Shown: positions 10,207 to 21,209 of the stretch, piece after piece
How positions within the stretch are numbered: position 1 is the stretch's first letter
How the letters are laid out: the number at the start of each line of letters is the position of its first letter
Assembly (NCBI GenBank): GCA_002688775.1
Contig: NZDH01000017.1
Location: forward strand, 1 to 62,559
Reading direction: 5' to 3'
Origin: Candidatus Woesearchaeota archaeon
GTDB lineage: Archaea > Nanobdellota > Nanobdellia > Woesearchaeales > GW2011-AR4
Length of the DNA stretch: 62,559 nucleotides
Made by a program: the position numbers and the translations under genes
Notes under the pieces: model-generated
What the model was told of the DNA's origin: nothing
What the model saw: only the letters and a program-made list of their open reading frames with translations
The model's database searches: none

Positions 10207-10322
10207 TAGCCCCGGGCAGATTCGAACTGCCGCCTGAGCCTTTCTTCTTAATTTGCATTAAGCCAGAGGGCTCCATCCTTGACCGCTAGATTCCGCGAGA
10301 TTTATCATCCCTCGACGGGGCT
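10207..10322 (-). tRNA. tRNA-Gln(CUG) with two introns (10/11: 10291-10312; 37/38: 10242-10262)
   Basis: Spliced AGCCCCG TC GTCT AGCGGTCAA GGAT G GAGCC CT CTG GA GGCTC AGGC GGCAG TTCGAAT CTGCC CGGGGCT A; A1:U72; BHB-like motifs at both introns. Confidence 0.9.
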
Positions 10323-11035
10323 GTCGAAGCGGGGCAATAGTTGAGAAAATGTGTTAGTTTATTAGCTTTTTCCCCTATGAAACCGATTTTTTGATAGAAT
10401 AAGTTTGCTTGCCTATGACCATTAAGGTATACTCCATAAAGTGGGTTACCGATTTTTCTATTCCAAACAGATATTCTTGGGTTAAACCCAAGTTTATGAA
10501 GTGATTTTTCTATATCAACAATGAATTTTAACGTTGCTGAATTCACACCAATTCTTGGATAATTTTTATCTATGACAAATGTTCCATCAGTTGAGAATGC
10601 ACCAGATAAAAAAGGCGGAATTAATTCCTCAGAGTCCATTACACTTTGTGGCATTTTTAATCTTCCAATTTTTTCTCCATCTGGAAACCCATATGTTCTA
10701 TTTAATAATTCATATATAACTCTGCTGTTAAAATAAGCCTCTACTTTTGTTTTTCTATCATGTAATCTTGGTTTAATGGAGAAGACTTTATGGATTAGAC
10801 TTGTATAACAGTTGATCAATTGGAGGTCACAACCCACCATGCCAATTCTCCAACTGAAATTCCTTTTTGCAACTTTTCTACTTACCAACCAACCATCTCC
10901 CCATAGAATTCCTAAAATTAAAGCCAAATTTTTATCCAATTTTGGGAGTCTAATCCTATGTCCAGAGCCCTTGATATAACAGTAGCCATTAGTAAATTTT
11001 AGTCCGGTTGCCAATTTCATATTTTCACTTATCAT
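10286..11035 (-). CDS. Free-standing LAGLIDADG homing endonuclease (intein/DOD-type, two motifs)
   Basis: LALILGILWGDG and FLSGAFSTDG motifs; ATG at 11035 lies 9 nt after GGAGG; stop lies inside tRNA-Gln. Confidence 0.85.
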   Translation of the reverse strand: MISENMKLATGLKFTNGYCYIKGSGHRIRLPKLDKNLALILGILWGDGWLVSRKVAKRNFSWRIGMVGCDLQLINCYTSLIHKVFSIKPRLHDRKTKVEAYFNSRVIYELLNRTYGFPDGEKIGRLKMPQSVMDSEELIPPFLSGAFSTDGTFVIDKNYPRIGVNSATLKFIVDIEKSLHKLGFNPRISVWNRKIGNPLYGVYLNGHRQANLFYQKIGFIGEKANKLTHFLNYCPASTAPSRDDKSRGI

Positions 11036-11205
11036 TTTAATCAACCTCCAAAGTTTTTTGTTTTTACAAAGACTTTGGAATTACTAGAGAAAGAGAATGT
11101 TAAGCGAAACTGCGTAAAAGGATTTTGGTGAAAACCAAAAAACTTAATTTGGAAGTTTTGTGTATTCTCTTTTTCAGTTTTCAGAAGTAGAATGAGTTTA
11201 AATAG

Positions 11206-11226
11206 TTCACGTGTCCATGTCCAGTG
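11206..11226 (-). promoter_or_regulatory. 21-bp motif abutting a TATA box (copy 1)
   Basis: CACTGGACATGGACACGTGAA then CTATTTAAA; 19/21 identical to 35777-35797. Confidence 0.6.
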
Positions 11227-11312
11227 GGTAGTGCCCTTTGAGAATAGGTGCACCATACATGGTTGAACAGCGAACTGTTAAGAAATAGTAAAACTAGGTT
11301 TGTTTTTATACT

Positions 11313-12032
11313 TTATTGCTTCTTTTCTTCAACTTCAGCCTTAGCTTGAGGCTTTTCCTCAACTTTATCTTTCTCTTCTTCAGGCTTTTCTTCAGTCTTA
11401 GATTCTGTTTCAGGGGTTTTTTCTTGTTGAGATGCTTCTTCGGTCTTTGCTTCTTCAGAGGTGTTTTCCCTTTTTTCAATGCCCAAATACCTTATTTCGC
11501 AGACTTTGACAGGGTATATCTTAGTCAAATGACCCCTTAAGGTAGACTGGATCTTGTGAGTTATTAGATCATTAAGAATTTCATCGTATTTTTTGCTTTC
11601 TATTGCTTTAGTAACGAAAGAGACGATGTTGTGCCTTAGTTTTGCAGCAACTGAACCTTTTACATCCGCTTTGGAAATGACCAAAGGCTTGACTCTTAAG
11701 TGAACCTTATCAGATGTCTCACAGCTAAAGGAAATGTCCATCTTCTCGCTGTTTCTTCTTACAAATCTCTTGACAGAGGAAGGTATGATCTGATAGCCGA
11801 TTATTTTTGTTTTTCCTTTGTCTCCTTCAACACTGACAACCTCAAAATGAATGTTGACATTCTGTCTTTTCATTTCATTAGTCAAGTTCATCAGATTATG
11901 GCTTAGTCTTTTTCCAAGCATTGCTTTAGGATCATCCACTAAAGTTTCACCCAGAATGACATTATTAAACTGCGGCGGTGCAATTAACTGAAACCATTGT
12001 TTCTTCTTTAACTTTGTAACCTGTTCTGGCAT
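11313..12032 (-). CDS. rps3ae: 30S ribosomal protein S3Ae (eS1)
   Basis: KKQWFQLIAP..F...LGET, KIYPVKVCEIR, acidic tail; probable start MPEQ. Confidence 0.88.
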   Translation of the reverse strand: MPEQVTKLKKKQWFQLIAPPQFNNVILGETLVDDPKAMLGKRLSHNLMNLTNEMKRQNVNIHFEVVSVEGDKGKTKIIGYQIIPSSVKRFVRRNSEKMDISFSCETSDKVHLRVKPLVISKADVKGSVAAKLRHNIVSFVTKAIESKKYDEILNDLITHKIQSTLRGHLTKIYPVKVCEIRYLGIEKRENTSEEAKTEEASQQEKTPETESKTEEKPEEEKDKVEEKPQAKAEVEEKKQ

Positions 12033-12211
12033 TTTATCAAATAATTGGAAATGTAGACAATTTATAAAGGTTATGGTAGGCAATATATGTAGTACTCGCC
12101 CAAATGTGGCGAGGTTCTGAATGTTTACATATCAATAGATGCCGAGCGCATTGGCGAGGCCAAGATATGATAAGGATTGAAAATGCTAATGAAGAAATTT
12201 AATAAAACTAA

Positions 12212-15093
<2,882 letters not shown>

Positions 15094-15298
15094 TTTAAGC
15101 TTAGTTTTATGGCTAACTTCTGATGTTTTTGACAATTGAAAAATTGTTATTTCTCGTCTATAAAATAGCCCTTAAATCTATAATTTATAATGCACTTTTC
15201 TATTTAAAACTTTCGTTCCTAGAAGGGCTTTTTAAGCTCTAAAAAGGCAGAATTTGGAGGAATTAAAGTCTAGCATGAAACGATTTGCTGAAAATTCA

Positions 15299-15592
15299 TC
15301 ACTCAAACAACTTATCAATTCCCAGCTTCTTAGAAACGGTCTTGAAGTCTTCTTTTGCTTTTGATGAAAATTTTGAAACAAACGGACCTGTAAAATCTTT
15401 CACGACAGTTATGCTCTGTGGCACCCCCATGAAATAAGCAGATGACTTGACAACAGTATAGCCTTTACCAATCAAATTTTTAGTTAATTTTTCAACAAGA
15501 AATGGGACTTCATTTACGGCTCTAGGGATATCATTAAAATTGTCTATTTTTAAAACCTTAAGATTTAAATCAAACTGCTGATGTAGTTTCAT
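15299..15592 (-). CDS. Hypothetical protein
   Basis: 97-aa ORF in an apparent operon with two small ORFs. Confidence 0.6.
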   Translation of the reverse strand: MKLHQQFDLNLKVLKIDNFNDIPRAVNEVPFLVEKLTKNLIGKGYTVVKSSAYFMGVPQSITVVKDFTGPFVSKFSSKAKEDFKTVSKKLGIDKLFE

Positions 15593-15600
15593 TCATATCC

Positions 15601-15741
15601 CTAATAGTTATCAAGATAACTATATCTTTCCCCTAATTCTTCGTTGTTTAATAATCTTTCGCAATCTCTACATAAATAAGGGTCATTGATACCGCTTTTT
15701 AGAATAATTCCCCCGCAACTAGTGCAGTTATGCCTTACCAT
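15601..15741 (-). CDS. Small zinc-ribbon protein (46 aa)
   Basis: MVRHNCTSCGGIILKSGINDPYLCRDCERLL...; two CxxC; GGTGGTG RBS; not in the ORF track. Confidence 0.7.
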   Translation of the reverse strand: MVRHNCTSCGGIILKSGINDPYLCRDCERLLNNEELGERYSYLDNY

Positions 15742-15755
15742 TTTCACCACCTTTT

Positions 15756-15908
15756 TTAAATCGCGTCCTCATAACCATTCATAAATGCATCTTCCATCGG
15801 GCTTAATTCATCATCATCCAACAATGATTCTCTAACGTCTCTAGAATATATACTTATATCATCATCACTTTCTTTTTCTTCATCGTATATCTTCTTTTTT
15901 GGAAGCAT
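15756..15908 (-). CDS. Small acidic protein (50 aa)
   Basis: MLPKKKIYDEE...LLDDDELSPMEDAFMNGYEDAI; GGAGGTGG RBS. Confidence 0.7.
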   Translation of the reverse strand: MLPKKKIYDEEKESDDDISIYSRDVRESLLDDDELSPMEDAFMNGYEDAI

Positions 15909-16097
15909 ATTACCACCTCCCGAATATCTTAAACTGTCTTAAGCTCAATATAAATAATTATGCTATATAACATATATAATATATAAAAAAAGTCCCATCC
16001 ATATACCATAATATATTACCCAATATCTATTATTTTTAATAATAATCTTTATATACTCCTAAATATTACAATTGTTAAAATTTTCTTACCTGAAGGG

Positions 16098-17099
16098 GTG
16101 GTCAAGATTGATGTTAGGAAGCTCATAAGCTTTGGTAAGGGTTCATACATTGTATCAATGCCAAAAAGCTGGATTGAAAAAAACAATTTAAAAAAGGGTG
16201 ATTTAATATCGGTAAGTGATGATGGCTTCGAACTAATTCTAAAGGCAAATCAAGAAGAAAAAAAATCAGATCCAAAGGAAATAGATATTGACTCTAAAGG
16301 CAAGGATATGGAAGTGCTTAAAGCAGAGATTGTATCTTCTTACTTAAACAACTATGACACTATAAATATTCAATTTGACAATAACAACAATGAAGCCCCT
16401 AAGATAAAAGAGATATTGAGAAATCTTTCCGGATTGGAAATAATGGAGCAGACCTCTTCAAGAATTTCTGCAAAAAACTTGATAAATATTAATGAAATCT
16501 CCATTGGCAATATAATAAGAAGGATGGATATAATAACAAGAGCGATGATTGAGGACGCAATCTTGTGCTTAACAGGCCAATGCAGTGATGACAGCATCCA
16601 TCACAGGGATATTGATGTCAACAGACTTTATTTTCTAGGTTCAAGGGTTATAAAAAATGCAATGATCAATCCGAGAGTTGCAAAATCGCTTGGAAAAGAT
16701 CCGTGGCAATTACACAGCGAGACTCTTATGATCTTAAGATTGGAAAGGATAGCTGACAGCCAAAAAAGAATTTCAAGATATTTATCAAAATTAAGCTTGG
16801 ATAAAACATCTATAAATGACTTAAACAAGATATACATCAGCATGAGTGAAGCTTACAATGATGTTATGAAATCATATTACAATCAAGATAAGGGTCTGGC
16901 ATTAAATATAGAAGTAACGAACAAAGACCGGACAATTTCATGTGATAAGTTTCTTGAAAAATTCACACTCACGCACTCTAATTCCAAAAGCAAAAGTATA
17001 CACTCCAGCCACGTAATAATTGCCAAAATAATTGAAAATCTAAAGTCAACTTCTGTTGAGATAAGAAACATAGCAAGGACTGTGCTTTGTTGTGAGTGA
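16098..17099 (+). CDS. AbrB-PhoU fusion regulator (archaeal phosphate-uptake regulator type)
   Basis: RKLISFGKGSYIVSMPKSW AbrB domain; DVNRLYF, LERIAD PhoU motifs. Confidence 0.85.
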   Translation: MVKIDVRKLISFGKGSYIVSMPKSWIEKNNLKKGDLISVSDDGFELILKANQEEKKSDPKEIDIDSKGKDMEVLKAEIVSSYLNNYDTINIQFDNNNNEAPKIKEILRNLSGLEIMEQTSSRISAKNLININEISIGNIIRRMDIITRAMIEDAILCLTGQCSDDSIHHRDIDVNRLYFLGSRVIKNAMINPRVAKSLGKDPWQLHSETLMILRLERIADSQKRISRYLSKLSLDKTSINDLNKIYISMSEAYNDVMKSYYNQDKGLALNIEVTNKDRTISCDKFLEKFTLTHSNSKSKSIHSSHVIIAKIIENLKSTSVEIRNIARTVLCCE

Positions 17100-18203
17100 C
17101 TAGTATCCTTCAAAAACAATCTTTTTATTATTTTCTTCTAAAACAGTCACTGTTTTTTTGCTTTCCCTTAATTCACCAACAATTGAAGCATCTTTTGTTA
17201 TATCCAGAATATCATCGGCATTTTCCTTTTTACAGACAACAAAGAAACCCATACCCATGTTGAAAGTAGTGTACATCTGCTCATCTGTGAATTGGGATTC
17301 TTCCTGCATCAGTTCGAAAATCTGCTGAGGCTTGACAGCCTTATTGATTCTAAATTCTACTTTTTCTCTGATTCTGTTCAGATTCTTTAAGCCATAACCT
17401 GTATTATTGATTCCAGTCACATCAAATTTCTTTGATATATTTGCCATCGCTTCGACATAGATTTTAGTCGGCTCTAAGAGCAGTTTTCCCAAAGTTGAGC
17501 CATCAATCTTATCATGCAATGAAAACCTGCCATTATATTTCTGCCTGAAATTGTCTCTTGTCTCAAAATCGCCGGTTAGAAGGTGGTATCTTAGGTCAGT
17601 ATACCCATTGCAGTGAGGTCCGGAGCTTTTTAGCGCAATAATTTTATCTCCCGGCTTGGCTTTATGTCTTGCAAACTTGTTTTTCTCTATAAAACCTATC
17701 ATTGACCCCATCAGTTCAAACCCATAGCCCTCTTTCGGGGAGCTTAACAATTCATTTATGGATGCCGTCTCGCCTTTTCCGAAATTTATTTTGATTGAAT
17801 TTTTTAAAATGTTGGAGGCATTGCATTGCTCCAATCCTTTTGACATCCCTTTTGCTATATCTCCTGTCAATGCTTCTTCCTGGATCTTGTTCTGGCACAT
17901 GATTGCATCCATGAACAAGAAAGGGCTAACAGAACCCAAAGTTGCAAGGTCATTCGCGCAAACAGCAACACAATCTGTCCCGATTGTATCGTATTTATCC
18001 ATAATCTCTGCGATAATTCCCTTTGTTCCGACACCGTCAATAGTTGAAGCAATATAATGCTTAGGAAAAACCCCATCATTCTCATAAAGCTCAGCAAACA
18101 TCCCTTTGCTTTCCTTCAGCATATTTTGTTTTAGAGAACTAGGAATTGCTTTTTTAATGGCTTCAACCGCTTTTGCTTCAATCTCCTGATAGCTTGGTTT
18201 CAT
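17100..18203 (-). CDS. purM: AIR synthase
   Basis: DGVGTK, DCVAVCANDL, GETA, LKSSGPHCNGYT, LLEPTKIY, TFNMGMG. Confidence 0.92.
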   Translation of the reverse strand: MKPSYQEIEAKAVEAIKKAIPSSLKQNMLKESKGMFAELYENDGVFPKHYIASTIDGVGTKGIIAEIMDKYDTIGTDCVAVCANDLATLGSVSPFLFMDAIMCQNKIQEEALTGDIAKGMSKGLEQCNASNILKNSIKINFGKGETASINELLSSPKEGYGFELMGSMIGFIEKNKFARHKAKPGDKIIALKSSGPHCNGYTDLRYHLLTGDFETRDNFRQKYNGRFSLHDKIDGSTLGKLLLEPTKIYVEAMANISKKFDVTGINNTGYGLKNLNRIREKVEFRINKAVKPQQIFELMQEESQFTDEQMYTTFNMGMGFFVVCKKENADDILDITKDASIVGELRESKKTVTVLEENNKKIVFEGY

Positions 18204-18246
18204 AAGAAATGAGTAAAAATTAATGTTTATAAAGGTTGTTGGTTTT

Positions 18247-18669
18247 TTATTTTTCAGGTCTTATCTCAACACGATGGCGTTCTGGTATATATCTACAAGC
18301 ATATGATCCATTAGGAACAGCAGGTATGGAACTACTTCCTCCAAATGTACCTGCATCACCTATTAATAAGAGTCCAGTATCAATCGGTACTCTGAACAAA
18401 AACCCATTGCCGTCTCTACTGTCCCTGTCAGAATCTACAATGGTTATTAGATCTCTTCTTTGATATACATTAAAATCCATTTCTCTTGTTCGATAATAAA
18501 TTGCGCCATTAGGCAACATCACAACACTACCATTAGACGCATCATCTTTAATATCGTCTAAACACTCTAAAATTTCATCAGAAAATGTCATATCACTAGG
18601 ATTTCCTACTATTAAACTTCCAGACTTAACTTCAAATTTCCTTTTACCTGTCAATGTAAAACGTTCCAT
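18247..18669 (-). CDS. Hypothetical protein
   Basis: 140-aa ORF co-oriented between dedA and purM. Confidence 0.55.
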   Translation of the reverse strand: MERFTLTGKRKFEVKSGSLIVGNPSDMTFSDEILECLDDIKDDASNGSVVMLPNGAIYYRTREMDFNVYQRRDLITIVDSDRDSRDGNGFLFRVPIDTGLLLIGDAGTFGGSSSIPAVPNGSYACRYIPERHRVEIRPEK

Positions 18670-18677
18670 ATTCTTTG

Positions 18678-19343
18678 TTACTTAATTTTCTTTTTCTTAT
18701 GCTTCCAATACTCAACAATCATTGGCACAAATGAAAGAATAATGATTACAATTATTACAATCTCAAAGTTTTCTCTTACAATTGGGATGTTTCCGAAGAA
18801 AAACCCACCAAATAACAGCAAAGTGACCCATAAAAAAGCGCCAAATACATTATAGAATAGGAATTTAGGATATTTCATGCTGCCAACGCCGGCAACAAAA
18901 GGCGCAAAAGTCCTTACAATAGGGACAAATCTTGCAATGACAATCGTTTTTGCGCCATATTTTTCATAGAAACCTTCTGTCTTGTCAAGATATTCTTTCT
19001 TGAAGACTTTGCTGTCTTTTTTCTTGAATACTTTAGGTCCAATATATTTTCCAATTGAATAATTGACAGAATCCCCTATTATTGCAGCTGCAAGAAGCAC
19101 AACATACGCTAAATAGACATTTAAGGAGCCTATCGCTGCAAAAGTACCGACTGCAAAAAGCAATGAATCTCCGGGCAGAAAAGGAGTTACAACCAAGCCG
19201 GTTTCTAAAAAAACAATCAGGAACAGCAAAACATAAGTCCAGACACCGAAGTTTTGGATTATAACACTAAGATGTTCATCAAGGCGCAAAATAAAATCAG
19301 TAAATAACCTGAATAATTCAGTTAAACTATTAATAAATCCCAT
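18678..19343 (-). CDS. dedA: DedA family membrane protein
   Basis: FLETGL..PFLPGDSLLF, ARFVPIVRTFAPFVAG. Confidence 0.93.
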   Translation of the reverse strand: MGFINSLTELFRLFTDFILRLDEHLSVIIQNFGVWTYVLLFLIVFLETGLVVTPFLPGDSLLFAVGTFAAIGSLNVYLAYVVLLAAAIIGDSVNYSIGKYIGPKVFKKKDSKVFKKEYLDKTEGFYEKYGAKTIVIARFVPIVRTFAPFVAGVGSMKYPKFLFYNVFGAFLWVTLLLFGGFFFGNIPIVRENFEIVIIVIIILSFVPMIVEYWKHKKKKIK

Positions 19344-19348
19344 TCTTC

Positions 19349-20122
19349 TTAAGTGCCCATCGAATTATAACCGGCGTCAACGTAAATCACTTGCCCTGTT
19401 ATCGCTGTTGACATATCGCTGCACAGGAATAAAGCGCAATCAGCAACTTCATCAGCTGTGATGTTTCTCTTTAAAGGTGCTTTTGCAACGTAATTCAACA
19501 GCATGTCAGCGAAACTTGCGATGCCGGAAGCAGCCAAAGTTGCAATCGGGCCTGCTGAAATCGCATTGACTCTTATTTGTCGTTCACCAAGATCACTTGC
19601 TATATACCTTACACTGGATTCAAGAGCTGCCTTTGCAACACCCATTATATTATAGCCAGGAGTTGCTCGGACGCTTCCAAGATAAGTCATCGCAATGATC
19701 GAACCGCCGTCGTTCATCATTGGAGATGTTCTTCTTGTCAATTCTGCCAAAGAATAAGAACTTACTTCATGAGCAACTTGGTAGCCTCTTCTGTTGACTT
19801 CAATATATTTGCCTTGCAAGTGCTCTCTTTTGGCAAAAGCAATGCTGTGTATTAAAAAATCAACCTTTCCAAATTCTTTTTGAACTTTTGCAAAGAACGA
19901 ATCAAGCAATTCGTCACTGACAACATCACATTTCTCATAGATAGGATCGTTTAAGTCTTTCATCAAAGGCATAAACAATGGCTCTACCCTTTCCTGATAT
20001 GCAGCTGCTATCCTGCATCCTGCATCATTAAGCCTTTTGGCAATATGCCATGCTATGCTCTTGTCATTAGCAATTCCGAAAACAATTGCCTTTTTCCCTT
20101 TCAAATCGATTGAAACACCCAT
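19349..20122 (-). CDS. fabI: Enoyl-ACP reductase (bacterial FabI type)
   Basis: GIANDKSIAW, HSIAFA, YNIMGVAKAALE, RVNAISAGPIATLAA; GGAGG before MGVS start. Confidence 0.93.
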   Translation of the reverse strand: MGVSIDLKGKKAIVFGIANDKSIAWHIAKRLNDAGCRIAAAYQERVEPLFMPLMKDLNDPIYEKCDVVSDELLDSFFAKVQKEFGKVDFLIHSIAFAKREHLQGKYIEVNRRGYQVAHEVSSYSLAELTRRTSPMMNDGGSIIAMTYLGSVRATPGYNIMGVAKAALESSVRYIASDLGERQIRVNAISAGPIATLAASGIASFADMLLNYVAKAPLKRNITADEVADCALFLCSDMSTAITGQVIYVDAGYNSMGT

Positions 20123-20229
20123 ATTATTAGACCTCCACAATATTAATCTTCTTAGTGTACGTTTCAGAAATAATCGTGATTTATAAATCTTGCTAAGAAG
20201 CCTGAATTTGAATGGAAGTTTTTGCATTT

Positions 20230-20808
20230 TTACCCATACCCATAAAAATTGAACCTGTTAGACTCGCACATTATACCTATAATTGCATCTTCGTTTATAT
20301 CCCTAACAAACCTGTAACCCCTGACATCATGGACTGATAAAAAGCAGCTTTTGAATGGATGGCTATGTAAAGAAATTATTGCATCTTGTTCGCATGGTTC
20401 TGCCGAAACACTGGAGAATGTTTGTGAAAAAATCTTAGGAATTTCAATTTTTTCTACATGATAATTATTGTCTTGTTTATTGCCAATCAAACACGCTTTA
20501 AATTCATGTTCTTGATTATCTAAATATATGCCTAACAATTCATCATAAGTATTATTCTCAAAGATAATTTTTTGATTATTTTTTAAAATAATCACATTAT
20601 CATCAACTTCGTAGCTATTCAATTGTCCGGCTATTATTCTGAATATACTATATCTAGGTAAAACATAAGAAATAATAAGAAATACCATGACTAATGAAAT
20701 GATAACTATGGAGGATTTCTTTATTATTTTGGAAAATTTGCTTTCCGGAGGTATATCCTGGGAATCGGAAAAATCGTCAGGTATTATGTTATCGTCCGCT
20801 TTGTCCAT
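20230..20808 (-). CDS. Membrane-anchored JAB/MPN-like metalloprotease
   Basis: N-terminal TM helix; E(FKAC)...HSHP-x6-S-x2-D JAMM motif. Confidence 0.6.
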   Translation of the reverse strand: MDKADDNIIPDDFSDSQDIPPESKFSKIIKKSSIVIISLVMVFLIISYVLPRYSIFRIIAGQLNSYEVDDNVIILKNNQKIIFENNTYDELLGIYLDNQEHEFKACLIGNKQDNNYHVEKIEIPKIFSQTFSSVSAEPCEQDAIISLHSHPFKSCFLSVHDVRGYRFVRDINEDAIIGIMCESNRFNFYGYG

Positions 20809-20859
20809 AGTATTGAATAGATTGATTGATATTTAAAAGTTTGTTATAGAGAACTAACC

Positions 20860-21153
20860 TTATTTCACAATATTTGTGCCAAATCCCAACAACATTTGAG
20901 ACAAATCCTTTCCCTTTTGACTCAACGTATAAAAAACCCTTCTTGGATTATCAACCATGATCTTTTCAACCAGACCCAGAGCTTCAAGCAATTTCAATTT
21001 TTTGGAAAGCGCCCTTGAAGTAACTCTCAAATGCTTCTTGATTTCAGAAAAATTTGTCCTTTCATAAAATAGAAGAAAAACAAGCAAAGGAACTACCCAT
21101 TTCTTGCCTAATTCTTCCATAATTTCAAACAGTACATTGTAACTTTCGAGCAT
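20860..21153 (-). CDS. HxlR-family wHTH regulator
   Basis: LGKKWVVPLL, FSEIKKHL.VTSRALSKKLKLLE, YTLSQKG. Confidence 0.88.
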   Translation of the reverse strand: MLESYNVLFEIMEELGKKWVVPLLVFLLFYERTNFSEIKKHLRVTSRALSKKLKLLEALGLVEKIMVDNPRRVFYTLSQKGKDLSQMLLGFGTNIVK

Positions 21154-21209
21154 TTTCTATGAGTAAAAAGCGCAAATTTTATATAAAGTTTTCGATTAGC
21201 ATAGGAGAA

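Noticed and set aside
11041-11256. 71-aa ORF upstream of the endonuclease, and the many antisense ORFs across the window
   Set aside because: They overlap promoter/hairpin sequence or well-supported genes on the other strand and show no protein motifs.
12095-12160. ncRNA between gyrB and rpS3Ae
   Set aside because: Only short CTCGCC/GGCGAG-type hairpins; insufficient for a call.
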